Below, one piece after another: positions 1 through 8,664 of a stretch of DNA of 28,896 nt. The notes beneath the pieces are model-generated. The model saw nothing but the letters and a program-made list of their open reading frames with translations, had not been told where the DNA came from and ran no database searches. The number at the start of each line of letters is the position of its first letter. Positions within the stretch are counted from its first letter, which is position 1. A program made the translations under genes and the position numbers. The stretch spans positions 1 to 28,896 of the forward strand of contig JBDRFE010000031.1 of NCBI GenBank assembly GCA_043819075.1, read 5' to 3'. The DNA is from an archaeon. GTDB taxonomy: Archaea > Iainarchaeota > Iainarchaeia > Iainarchaeales > 1-14-0-10-31-34.

Positions 1-2
1 TT

Positions 3-3000
3 TTGCTGTTTTTGTGTTTTTTGCCGGGAGTTTTCTCTGATGTTTCTTTTAAGGAAACTCCTTTTGCGCCGGTCAATATCCTGGCTGTTTCAAGCGATGT
101 TTTTTCTCCGGGAGACAAAGCCGGAATAAAATTCGGCTATAATTATTCCTGCCCTTTGTCTTATTCAATTGACATTTACCAGGACAACAATATAACGAAT
201 TCAGTGTGCACTAAAATAGTTCATGGAATGGGCTGGATTGTGAGAAACACTTATTCAGGCCTTGAATGCCAGAAAACAGAAAAAAATGTGCCGAACACAA
301 TTGAAGATGTCTGCGGGATTTCATCTGCTGCAAAAGACGGAAGTTATACTGTTCACGTAATTTTGTTTGACAAGCGCAATAACCCGGCTGTATTTGATTC
401 AGAGGTTGGGGCGGTAAAAATTTCAACTAACAAGCCTGACTTAATCATTAAATCAATTGATTTTTCTGAACAAACTTTTGTCGGGCAGATTCTTCCGGTT
501 AAAGTGAAAGTGGAAAACAATGGCTCAAGGGATTCAGGGGCATTTGAAGTTGCATTGTACTTAAATTCTCTTTCAGGCAAAATTTTTGTTGAAAAGAAAA
601 GGATTCTGGAATTAAAGCAGGGTTCTTCAGCTGAACTGGATTTTATACTGGATTCTTCCCTGTTGTTTCCAAGAGAATACTTTTTAGAGGCAGTAATTGA
701 CTCTGAGTTTGATGTAAAAGAAAAAAACGAGAACAACAATTTAAGCCAGAAAAACATTTTGTTGTCTGCTTCATCTGATTACCCTGACTTAATTATTGCT
801 TCAGTTGATTACCTTAGTTCAGTGAACAAAGGTGAAGCAGTTCCTGTTTCAGTGAAAGTAAAAAACAACGGCCTCAAAGAAGTTTCAGACAACTTTATTG
901 TGTCAGTTCTTGATTCTTCTGGAAAGACAATTGAATCAAGGATTGTTTATGGATTAGGCTCTGAAAAAGAAACAACAGTGTTTTTTTCCCTGCCTTCAGC
1001 GAGTTTTACAGGAAAAACAACTTTGTCTATTTCAGTTGACAAACTCGGATTGGTTAACGAGGCTTCAAGGCAGAATAACTCACAGTTATTTTCTTTTGAT
1101 GTTGTTTCAAACGAAGTTGTTCTTTCAGAAGAATGCTTTAATAATATTGATGATGATAAAGATGGATTAATTGATGAAGGGTGTAAAACAGATTATTCTG
1201 TTGAATTAAGTGATTTTATCCTTTCTTCTTTTAATGAAAAAATTTTTCCTGTGCTAGAGCCATCTGGTGCAGTTAAATACAGGTTTGATGCCTCACAAAA
1301 GCCTGACTATTTTGTTGTACCATTTGATGTAAAAGCAAGGCTTGGGGAAAACAAGGATTTTTCAGCTGAGTTCAGCAAAAAAAGTTTTTGTGTTAATGTT
1401 TTTGATGAAAAAAAGAATAACAATCTGCTTGTTGTTTTTTCAGGAAAGCTAATGGAAGGAAGTCCTGTTTTGTCTGAAGAAAGTTTCCTTGAATTCGTTG
1501 ATTTTTCCGGGGGATTTGATTCTTATTACTGGCTTGTTGATGGAGAGCAGAAAACCCTTCCAAAAAGCTTTGTTTCATTGCTTTATTCCTGGCCTCTTTC
1601 AGGAAAAGAAAACGCGGGATTTTATTTTAATCCAGGGCTTTTGGGATTTAATTCAGGGGAATTCACTGTAAGGATTACTTCAGACTGTTTTGGTGTTGGC
1701 TCTGATTCAGTTTCATCAAATGATTCTGGTTCACTGGAAATAAAGTTTGTTTCAAAAGAAGAGGAAAACGGGATAGACGACGATGACGATGGAATAATTG
1801 ACAACGGATTTGATTTAAAGCTGCAGGAATTTTATTTTGACAAAGAAGTTTTGTTTGAAGGCCAGGACAGCAAAGCTTTTTTGGCAGTTAAAAACAACGG
1901 GAAATTTGTTTCCCCTCAGGTGAAAGTTTATTTTTTTGAAGGAGAAGCAGAAGAAAAAAACATTATTTTTTCAGGGAATATTGCTTCTGTGCCTGCAGGA
2001 GAACAGAAAACTTTTTCCTTTGATTTGCCTTCAAGTGTTTTTTCGGGCGTGGAAAACAAGGTAATTGCTTTTATTGATTTTGACAATTCTTTTGCTGAAT
2101 CAGATGAGTCAAATAACAGGCTTTCTTCAACGGTTTTCAGGTACAGTTCTTCTGTCAGCCTGAAAATAAATCAAGCAAACTTTGACAGAAAAATAGTTTC
2201 CCCTGGTTCCAGCGTAAAATTAACTGCAAAAATAAAAAACAACGGCTTTGTTGATTCATCGGATTTTTTTGTCATTGTATTGGATTCTTTTTCCAACACA
2301 GTTGTTGATTCAGTTAAGGTTTCAAGCCTTCAGGCAGGAATGAAACTGCAGGAACTCAAGGGAACTGAAACAAGAATTCTTCCAAAAATTCTTTTTGTTT
2401 CATCTGAAGTGAACTTTGACGACCTTTCAAGCATTACAGTGGAATACTCTTATTCTGTGCCAAAAGACTTAATCGGAAACAGGAATTATGATGTATGCAT
2501 TTCAACTGTGGCGGGAATTGCAGGAATTGACCCGGAAAACTGCACTAAAATATTTTTTATTGTGTCAGACAAGCCTGATTTGAGAATAAATTATATTAAG
2601 CCTGTAAGCCAGTTGTCTGTGGCATTGGATAAGCCTGTTTTGCTTGAACTTGAACTGGAAAACAAGGGATTGCTTGACGCAAAAGATTTTGGCGTGTCAT
2701 TATATTATTTTGATTCTAAAAACTCAAAACAAGTATTGAATTCAATTTCAGGCTTTTCTCTTGAAAGCGGCAGGACAGATGAACTCATTGTTTCAGCTGA
2801 TTTTTCAAGGGAAATAAATGGAAGTGTTTTTGCTGAAATAGATTACCTTAATGAAATAGCTGAAGACGATGAATCAAACAACATTGTTTCAGTCAACCTT
2901 TATTCTTTTCTTTCAGAAGAATGCTTTAACGGCATTGACGACGATTTTGACGGAAGAGTTGACGAGGACTGCCCGTCCACAGGATTTGTTTCAGTGGAAA

Positions 3001-3716
3001 ACAGTGCAGTTAAATCAGAGTTTGTTTTGGAGCCAATGCAGGAGCAGCTTATTATCGGAAGCCTGCAGAAAATAACTTTTTATCATCTTCTTTCAGGCCC
3101 TCTTGCAAAAGAAAAAATAACTGTTTTTTCCCCCAGCAGCAAAAAAACGGATTTTTTTACTTCATCTAATGGAAGCATTTCTTTTGTGCCGGATGAAACA
3201 GGAGAATACACTGTTAATTCTTCTGTAAAATCTGTTTTGTTTACAGCTTATTTCACTGTCATTTCAGAGGAACAGGCAAGCCATCCATTCATTTATCTTA
3301 TAGCTGACTTCTTTTTTGGCTCGCCTGACCAGACAAACCCTTTTGTGATTCCAGTTATTTTGATTCTTGCATTTATTGTTGCTTCTTACGGCTTTTCAAG
3401 TGCAGGCAGGCATTACCCTGAATTAAGCGACTTTTTTGTGGTAAAGCCTGAGTACAGGACTGCATTCAGTGCAGTTGTCTTTATTGCATTGTTTTTTATT
3501 GCACTGGCTGGGAACAAGGTTTTTGGATTAACAGGGTTTATTGCTGTTATTGCAGTTGAGTCTGGGTTAATTTATTTTTTTGAATCCAGTCTGAACAAAA
3601 AAACCGAGTTCCAGAGAAAAGAGAAAGCCTTTGAAGAAAGAAATGAACTGAAAGAAAGCAATGAAAAAGAGAAAGGCAGGAAAAATGAGAAAGGAAAATT
3701 TGTTTTAAGGCTCTAG
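3..3716 (+). CDS. Large CARDB-repeat cell-surface protein with acidic DxDxDG motifs and C-terminal membrane anchor (5' truncated)
   Basis: Opens with the tail of a signal peptide (LFLCFLPGVFS/DV), so the true start is probably just upstream of the window. About five CARDB-like units (PDLII..V.V.V.N.G....E.NE.NN), three EEC.NGIDDD.DG..DE.C-type motifs and about three C-terminal TM helices followed by a charged tail. Confidence 0.85.
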   Translation: MLFLCFLPGVFSDVSFKETPFAPVNILAVSSDVFSPGDKAGIKFGYNYSCPLSYSIDIYQDNNITNSVCTKIVHGMGWIVRNTYSGLECQKTEKNVPNTIEDVCGISSAAKDGSYTVHVILFDKRNNPAVFDSEVGAVKISTNKPDLIIKSIDFSEQTFVGQILPVKVKVENNGSRDSGAFEVALYLNSLSGKIFVEKKRILELKQGSSAELDFILDSSLLFPREYFLEAVIDSEFDVKEKNENNNLSQKNILLSASSDYPDLIIASVDYLSSVNKGEAVPVSVKVKNNGLKEVSDNFIVSVLDSSGKTIESRIVYGLGSEKETTVFFSLPSASFTGKTTLSISVDKLGLVNEASRQNNSQLFSFDVVSNEVVLSEECFNNIDDDKDGLIDEGCKTDYSVELSDFILSSFNEKIFPVLEPSGAVKYRFDASQKPDYFVVPFDVKARLGENKDFSAEFSKKSFCVNVFDEKKNNNLLVVFSGKLMEGSPVLSEESFLEFVDFSGGFDSYYWLVDGEQKTLPKSFVSLLYSWPLSGKENAGFYFNPGLLGFNSGEFTVRITSDCFGVGSDSVSSNDSGSLEIKFVSKEEENGIDDDDDGIIDNGFDLKLQEFYFDKEVLFEGQDSKAFLAVKNNGKFVSPQVKVYFFEGEAEEKNIIFSGNIASVPAGEQKTFSFDLPSSVFSGVENKVIAFIDFDNSFAESDESNNRLSSTVFRYSSSVSLKINQANFDRKIVSPGSSVKLTAKIKNNGFVDSSDFFVIVLDSFSNTVVDSVKVSSLQAGMKLQELKGTETRILPKILFVSSEVNFDDLSSITVEYSYSVPKDLIGNRNYDVCISTVAGIAGIDPENCTKIFFIVSDKPDLRINYIKPVSQLSVALDKPVLLELELENKGLLDAKDFGVSLYYFDSKNSKQVLNSISGFSLESGRTDELIVSADFSREINGSVFAEIDYLNEIAEDDESNNIVSVNLYSFLSEECFNGIDDDFDGRVDEDCPSTGFVSVENSAVKSEFVLEPMQEQLIIGSLQKITFYHLLSGPLAKEKITVFSPSSKKTDFFTSSNGSISFVPDETGEYTVNSSVKSVLFTAYFTVISEEQASHPFIYLIADFFFGSPDQTNPFVIPVILILAFIVASYGFSSAGRHYPELSDFFVVKPEYRTAFSAVVFIALFFIALAGNKVFGLTGFIAVIAVESGLIYFFESSLNKKTEFQRKEKAFEERNELKESNEKEKGRKNEKGKFVLRL
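1128..1184 (+). repeat. Acidic repeat 1 EECFNNIDDDKDGLIDEGC (MopE-related putative metal-binding motif)
   Basis: Read directly in translation; recurs at about 1758-1808 and 2916-2972. Confidence 0.7.
1758..1808 (+). repeat. Acidic repeat 2 EEENGIDDDDDGIIDNG (no cysteines)
   Basis: Degenerate copy of repeats 1 and 3. Confidence 0.6.
2916..2972 (+). repeat. Acidic repeat 3 EECFNGIDDDFDGRVDEDC
   Basis: Read directly in translation; closely matches repeat 1. Confidence 0.7.
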
Positions 3717-5210
3717 TGTTTTGTATATTTTGTAGCTTTTTTTGTCATAAATTTTTTCAATTGAATTGCATTCAATTTCTTTTTCAGTGAACAAGTAATC
3801 TGCTTTTGTTGCATTAATTGTAATGTCTTTCTGCTGGCAGGATTTTATAAAAAAGCTTTCAAGCTGGAAGTCATCTGGAATGCCTGCTCTTGTTGGAGGC
3901 GAGGCAAAAATTTTTCTTTCAGTGAAAGCCCTGATTACAAGAGAATTGTCCGGCAATGCAATAAAAGAGCTTTTTTTTGGAGTGAATTCTTTTATCCATT
4001 CAAGAGAAGAAATTCCTGCTGGCTCAATGTTTTTATACAATTGGCTTTCCTGGGAGAAAGGCACTGTAAGAAACAAAAAAAGGATTAAAAGAATTAATGC
4101 AGCTGAAAGCGGTTTGACTGTATCCTGCTTGATTTTGCTTATTGTTTTCCATAAAAGGAATGCCCCTGATGCAGCGCTCAATAAAAGCACTAGCATTAAT
4201 TCAAGGAAAGTCCTTTCATATGGTGCAATAAAAGTGTAGTCTTTCAGGTTAAAGTGAATGTAAAGCAGGCCAAAAACTGCAAGGGCTATTGGCAGGATTA
4301 TCTGGTGTTTTGATACAGTGAAATCTTTTTCCATTGCAGATTGTTTTCCTTTTTTTCTCTGGAATTCAATTAACAGCCTGAGCATTATTATTGCCCCAAA
4401 GCCTAAGCATGCAAGAATTAAGATATAGTTTCCAAGGAAATCTACCAGAAAAAATTTTGGACTGTAATGGGTTATTGACTCCCAGACCAAGACTTTGCTG
4501 ATGTTTTTTGAAATAGAAGTTATGGTGTCATGGCTTAAAGAAACTTCTTCTAAGCCAATTCTTGAGGCAAACAAAGGGAAAAGAATTATCAGCAGAATGA
4601 TTCCGACAGCTATTTTCAGCTGGTTTTTTTCAAAAAGTTTTGGGTTTAAAAGCAGGTAAACTGTTATTACCGGAATAAGCAGCAGAGTGAAAGCAGGGTG
4701 GATTATTGTGTTGAATGCAAGCAAAAACATGAAAATAAATGCTGTTTTTTTGCTTGCTGTGCCTTTCAGGAATAAATAAACCAGCATTGGTGCAAGAGAT
4801 AATGCCATTGAGTTTGGGACAGCAAACATTAATCCCATTACTCCTGGATTGCTTGGAATCATCAGGGAAAAAATTCCGAAAAAAATTCCTGCAAGCCTGC
4901 TTTTGAACAAATACCTTCCTAAAAGAAAAGAAGAAAAGCTGATTATCAGGGCAAAAACTATTGGAATGAATACAAGCATTGAATTCAGGTTATTCAATAG
5001 TAATGTGTTTAATACCGCAAAAAAGACTGAAAAACCTAATTCCCAGTTAAAGCCTATTGCAATTTTTTCGCCTTGAACTGTTTCTTTTGCAAGGATTAAG
5101 TGGTCATATTCTTCTGAATGAAATGCCAGAGGGTAATCAAAGTGAACTGAATAAACAACAAAAACTGATGAAAGAATAAGGCATAATGCCAGCAATGCAT
5201 TTTGGTTCAT
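3705..5210 (-). CDS. Polytopic membrane protein, probable GT-C-fold glycosyltransferase
   Basis: 501 aa with many TM segments. Acidic motif HSEEYDH in the first external loop; soluble C-terminal domain starting LEWIKEFTP, as seen in GT-C/STT3-like proteins. Confidence 0.6.
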   Translation of the reverse strand: MNQNALLALCLILSSVFVVYSVHFDYPLAFHSEEYDHLILAKETVQGEKIAIGFNWELGFSVFFAVLNTLLLNNLNSMLVFIPIVFALIISFSSFLLGRYLFKSRLAGIFFGIFSLMIPSNPGVMGLMFAVPNSMALSLAPMLVYLFLKGTASKKTAFIFMFLLAFNTIIHPAFTLLLIPVITVYLLLNPKLFEKNQLKIAVGIILLIILFPLFASRIGLEEVSLSHDTITSISKNISKVLVWESITHYSPKFFLVDFLGNYILILACLGFGAIIMLRLLIEFQRKKGKQSAMEKDFTVSKHQIILPIALAVFGLLYIHFNLKDYTFIAPYERTFLELMLVLLLSAASGAFLLWKTISKIKQDTVKPLSAALILLILFLFLTVPFSQESQLYKNIEPAGISSLEWIKEFTPKKSSFIALPDNSLVIRAFTERKIFASPPTRAGIPDDFQLESFFIKSCQQKDITINATKADYLFTEKEIECNSIEKIYDKKSYKIYKTLEP

Positions 5211-5234
5211 TTCATTAAATGAATGAATTTACTT

Positions 5235-5249
5235 GATTTAAATCCTTTT
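5235..5249 (-). promoter_or_regulatory. BRE/TATA-like promoter for the 501-aa gene (probably leaderless)
   Basis: Minus strand reads AAAAGGATTTAAATC about 25 nt upstream of the ATG at 5210. Confidence 0.5.
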
Positions 5250-5250
5250 G

Positions 5251-5260
5251 CCTGCATTAA
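5251..5260. repeat. Direct repeat CCTGCATTAA, left copy
   Basis: Identical 10-mer at 5903-5912. Confidence 0.6.
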
Positions 5261-5266
5261 GCTTTC

Positions 5267-5301
5267 CAGAAATCCTCTATAAATGCGGTTTTGGATTTCT
5301 G
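5267..5301. repeat. 9-bp inverted repeat CAGAAATCC-N17-GGATTTCTG
   Basis: Perfect arms at 5267-5275 and 5293-5301. AAATCCT also occurs at about 5240 and 5319. Confidence 0.55.
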
Positions 5302-5316
5302 CATGCACAAGTTTGT

Positions 5317-5335
5317 AGAAATCCTTTTATATAAG
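5317..5335 (+). promoter_or_regulatory. BRE/TATA promoter of the orphan gene
   Basis: AGAAATCCTTTTATATAAG, followed by SD GGGGTGAT at 5356-5363. Confidence 0.55.
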
Positions 5336-5367
5336 AATTTGGTTAGTTGTTATTAGGGGTGATAGTT

Positions 5368-5841
5368 TTGCCAAGAATGAATACTCAAATAACTGTGCGA
5401 GGTTTTAGAAGATTAGGCCAAGTGAAACCAGTAAAAAAAGGAAGAAGAGTCAGATTTAATGTAGAGGGAGCTCTTAAAAGGTCAATAATTGATGCAAATA
5501 ATAGTGTTTACCATTCTGGAAGACTTTTCTATATACAGCCGGGAAAAAAAGCTTCTTTACCTAAAGAATTGAAAAAAGGAACCTTTGTTACTACTGGAAA
5601 CTTTCTTGGAATAGTATCAGTCAAAAATGGGCAAAAAGTTGTTGTAGCAACACACGAATTGAAAAAAGGAAAGGAAATTGTCCATACAACTATGGCTGAA
5701 ACAGGAAGAAAGGTATCAAGCTTTATAGGAGACAGCTTTACCAGATTACGAAAACCAAGAGTTCTGACAGCTGACAAGCTTCCTGATAGCGCATTAGAAC
5801 CTGTAGTGATAAAATCAAGCACCAGACCCAGAAGAAAATAA
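5368..5841 (+). CDS. Highly basic orphan protein (about 157 aa, MPRMNTQ...TRPRRK)
   Basis: TTG start at 5368 follows SD GGGGTGAT. It has its own promoter and downstream T-tracts, is K/R-rich, and matches no family I recognise. Confidence 0.7.
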   Translation: MPRMNTQITVRGFRRLGQVKPVKKGRRVRFNVEGALKRSIIDANNSVYHSGRLFYIQPGKKASLPKELKKGTFVTTGNFLGIVSVKNGQKVVVATHELKKGKEIVHTTMAETGRKVSSFIGDSFTRLRKPRVLTADKLPDSALEPVVIKSSTRPRRK

Positions 5842-5863
5842 TTTTTTTCCAGTTGGTTTTTTT
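5842..5863 (+). terminator. Archaeal oligo-T terminator candidate
   Basis: Two T7 runs (5842-5848, 5857-5863) immediately after the stop codon. Confidence 0.45.
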
Positions 5864-5873
5864 AATCGCGGAC

Positions 5874-5901
5874 ACATTGTTTAATGGTTTTTAAACAATG
5901 T
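5874..5901. repeat. Perfect 11-bp hairpin ACATTGTTTAA-TGGTTT-TTAAACAATGT
   Basis: Arms at 5874-5884 and 5891-5901 are exact reverse complements. Confidence 0.7.
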
Positions 5902-5902
5902 T

Positions 5903-5912
5903 CCTGCATTAA
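5903..5912. repeat. Direct repeat CCTGCATTAA, right copy
   Basis: Identical to 5251-5260. Confidence 0.6.
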
Positions 5913-5928
5913 AAGTTTATTTATATAA
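5911..5928 (+). promoter_or_regulatory. BRE/TATA promoter of the long plus-strand glycosylation operon
   Basis: AAAAGTTTATTTATATAA about 26 nt upstream of the ATG at 5954. Confidence 0.55.
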
Positions 5929-5953
5929 CTTTGATTCTATTTAATTGGATAAG

Positions 5954-6349
5954 ATGAACTCATTTGGTTTGGAAAAAATAAAAGGCTTTATTGAAGCCGC
6001 CAGGGTTTTTGCTTTAAGGGTTAATCTGTTTAATTTCGGCTTGTTTGTTATTATTGCAACTGCTTTCAGCATTTATTTTCCTTTTCCTTTAAGCGAACTG
6101 TTTGTTGCTTTCAGTGCATTATTTTTTTGCGGCTATCTGTTTTTCAGGCTTATAATAAAAGACGCCGGTTTTATTGAAACCTTTGTTATCTCGGTTATTT
6201 TAAGCATGGGAATAATTGTTTTTTTTACTTTTATCCTGACAGTTGCATTTAAGTTTCTTTTTGACAGGAACACCATTGCTTCTGCTGCAGTGATGTCAAA
6301 CGTGGTTTTCCTTGGAATTCATTTTGTTAAAGGTGCAATGAATGAATAA
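5954..6349 (+). CDS. Small integral membrane protein (about 4 TM; DUF1616-like segment)
   Basis: Hydrophobic throughout. IETFVISVILSMGI resembles the DUF1616 E...S..LS motif from memory. ATG 5954 preferred over TTG 5945 on TATA spacing. Confidence 0.6.
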   Translation: MNSFGLEKIKGFIEAARVFALRVNLFNFGLFVIIATAFSIYFPFPLSELFVAFSALFFCGYLFFRLIIKDAGFIETFVISVILSMGIIVFFTFILTVAFKFLFDRNTIASAAVMSNVVFLGIHFVKGAMNE

Positions 6350-6761
6350 AGTTTTTCTGCTTTTCCTTTTATTCCTGCTTCCCGCTGCTTTTTCCCTGAA
6401 AGTTGACCAGTTTGTTTCTTTTCCAGGGGAAAAAACTGTAATTGAATTTGACTCTGAAGTGTATGCAATTGAAATGAGCAAATACTATAATCTGGCTGAA
6501 GTAAAAGACTGCACTGAAAAAACCTGCCCTTTGTTTGAAAACAATTCTTTAAAGGATTCAGGGAAAAAAAAGTTTGTGCTTGCAATAGGGAATTCAAAAC
6601 CCGGGTTTTATGCAGTAAAAGTATTTGAAAACGATGCAAACAATTTTTATTTCACTTCAGTTGTAGTGAGAACTGATTACAGGCTGTTAATAGGCTTTGG
6701 AATAGCGCTGTTTATTGCATTAATTTTTTTGGTGGAAAGAAATGAATCTGGAAAACAATAG
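6342..6761 (+). CDS. Small exported protein with C-terminal TM anchor
   Basis: Signal peptide MNKVFLLFLLFLLPAAFS, a CTEKTC pair and a C-terminal hydrophobic helix; overlaps both neighbours. Confidence 0.7.
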   Translation: MNKVFLLFLLFLLPAAFSLKVDQFVSFPGEKTVIEFDSEVYAIEMSKYYNLAEVKDCTEKTCPLFENNSLKDSGKKKFVLAIGNSKPGFYAVKVFENDANNFYFTSVVVRTDYRLLIGFGIALFIALIFLVERNESGKQ

Positions 6762-8649
6762 TTTTGTAAGGAAAGGGCTTGAATTAACTGAAAACATTAA
6801 TTCAAGGCTTGAGGCTTTTTTTTCAAGCAAATACTTTATTTTTTTCCTGTTCCTTTACGTGTTATTCTATTTTTTTATCGGCCAGCATTTTACAAGAAGC
6901 TTTATTTCAGATAAAACCTACTTAAACATGCTTGTTTTTTTGGTTTCAGGAATAAGCATTTTTCTTTTGTTCAGGTTCAAAAAAGTTTATCCTTTTGTTT
7001 CTGCTGGTGCAATACTTATTTTTGCTTCATTTTTTTCCCAGAGATTTGACTTGATTGTGGAATACAACCTGCTTTATTTTATCGGGTTTGGATTGCTGTC
7101 TGCTTCACTTGTTTATTCGCTTATAGAAAAGAAAAAAACAGTGTTCTGGCTTTCATTGTTCATTTTGTTTATTTCAACTCTTGCCCCGCTAATAACATCA
7201 CAAATCCTTATAGGAGATGAAAGAGTTTTGCTTGACAACTTAACAAAGCTTGAGTCAGGGAAATTTTCGCTTGCAGATTTCGGAAAACACAATTATGTTA
7301 ATGTAAGCTTTGTTTATTTTTATTATCTTGTAATTATTGCAAAAATTTTCGGGACTTCAGCTGGAAACCTGTTTTTTTTGTTCAAGCTGTTTTTTTTGCT
7401 GCTGATTTTTCTTTCATTTTATCTTGTTTCAACAAGATTTTTGGATGAAAAGCTTGCCTTGTTTGCAGTATTAATTGCTTTTTTTCCCATTCAAAACATT
7501 CATCTTGCCCCGCAAATGATTGGAAAATTCATGATTTTTCTTGTATTCATTTATTTTTACTTAAAGTATTTCAAGCAGCTTAATTCAAGGATTATTATTG
7601 TTGTAATGATGCTTATAGTGACTTACATTAATTTAACCACACTGTATATCGCTATCGCAGTATTTGGTTTTTTTGTTGCAATATTCTTTTTCAGCAAAGC
7701 AATTTCAAGAAAAGCATATTTCACTGACATTGCAATACTGCTTTTATTCACAGTGCTTGTGGCAACTTATTCAACTTCAATTAATTTATTTGGGTTGACA
7801 AAAGAGTATGCAGGAATTTCAGGGGAAAATTTGGGCAGCATTCTTGACGAAAACAAAAGCTTTCTAGAAGAAGAAAAAGTCGTAAGGGAAGAACAATTAA
7901 ATCCAAGGGCAAACCCTTTAACTGATGTTTTGGGGTTACAGGAAAAAACCACCGGCCAGCTGATTCCTGAAAGCGTTGCAGAAAATGTTCCTTTCATGAG
8001 AAGGCTTGTCCCTTTTATAAACAATTATGCCAACAATTTTGGGGTAGAGCAGCTGATTGACAAATTAATCCATTACTTTCTTGTTTCACTTCTTGTTTTA
8101 ACAGCGTTTTTTGTTTACCCGGGCAGAAGGCAGATTTTTGTTTTCAGCATAGGAGTATTGTTTTTGGTTTTGTTTTTGATTCACATTCAGTTTCAGGACG
8201 GAGTGCATGCAACTTTAGAGGTAACTTCGCTGATACTAGGGGTATGCATTATTCTTGTCTTCCATAAAAAGCCGTTGTATTTTATTCCAATAATGCTTTT
8301 AGTGCTTTCATCGCTTAGCGCGCCTGCTTTTTTTACCAACTCGCAGTACGGCGAGGCAAGCGAGCTTTTTTCAAGTGAATTCGCCCCAAAAAACATTTTG
8401 TATGCTGATGAATTGATTCCAATTACAAGGGCTGGTGCAATGAATTCTCCAAAACAGTATGCTGCTGCAGGTTTTTCTGTTACCTGCACTAACGAACACT
8501 CTTACGGAGTTTACTTAAATGATGTTTTTGTCAGATGCGATAATTTTTCAAGAATCGGCTCGCTTGGAAAAAAGGTTTTTGAAACAAGTTATTCAAAGGT
8601 TTATGTTGTTACTGCGGGAGAGCTTGACAGGTTCAGGCCAAAAACTTGA
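6742..8649 (+). CDS. Large polytopic membrane protein, possible GT-C fold or glycan polymerase
   Basis: 635 aa with many TM helices, a GDE motif in a loop after the N-terminal TM bundle, and a soluble C-terminal domain; lies directly upstream of the GT array. Confidence 0.55.
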   Translation: MNLENNSFVRKGLELTENINSRLEAFFSSKYFIFFLFLYVLFYFFIGQHFTRSFISDKTYLNMLVFLVSGISIFLLFRFKKVYPFVSAGAILIFASFFSQRFDLIVEYNLLYFIGFGLLSASLVYSLIEKKKTVFWLSLFILFISTLAPLITSQILIGDERVLLDNLTKLESGKFSLADFGKHNYVNVSFVYFYYLVIIAKIFGTSAGNLFFLFKLFFLLLIFLSFYLVSTRFLDEKLALFAVLIAFFPIQNIHLAPQMIGKFMIFLVFIYFYLKYFKQLNSRIIIVVMMLIVTYINLTTLYIAIAVFGFFVAIFFFSKAISRKAYFTDIAILLLFTVLVATYSTSINLFGLTKEYAGISGENLGSILDENKSFLEEEKVVREEQLNPRANPLTDVLGLQEKTTGQLIPESVAENVPFMRRLVPFINNYANNFGVEQLIDKLIHYFLVSLLVLTAFFVYPGRRQIFVFSIGVLFLVLFLIHIQFQDGVHATLEVTSLILGVCIILVFHKKPLYFIPIMLLVLSSLSAPAFFTNSQYGEASELFSSEFAPKNILYADELIPITRAGAMNSPKQYAAAGFSVTCTNEHSYGVYLNDVFVRCDNFSRIGSLGKKVFETSYSKVYVVTAGELDRFRPKT

Positions 8650-8664
8650 TTTTAAGTTGATTGT

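Noticed and set aside
3596..3704. Purine-rich GAAA repeats at the end of the CARDB gene
   Set aside because: Explained by an E/K-rich cytoplasmic tail.
5251..5912. Cassette as a classical IS element
   Set aside because: The ORF has no DDE, HUH or RuvC motif, and the two ends are not inverted copies of each other.
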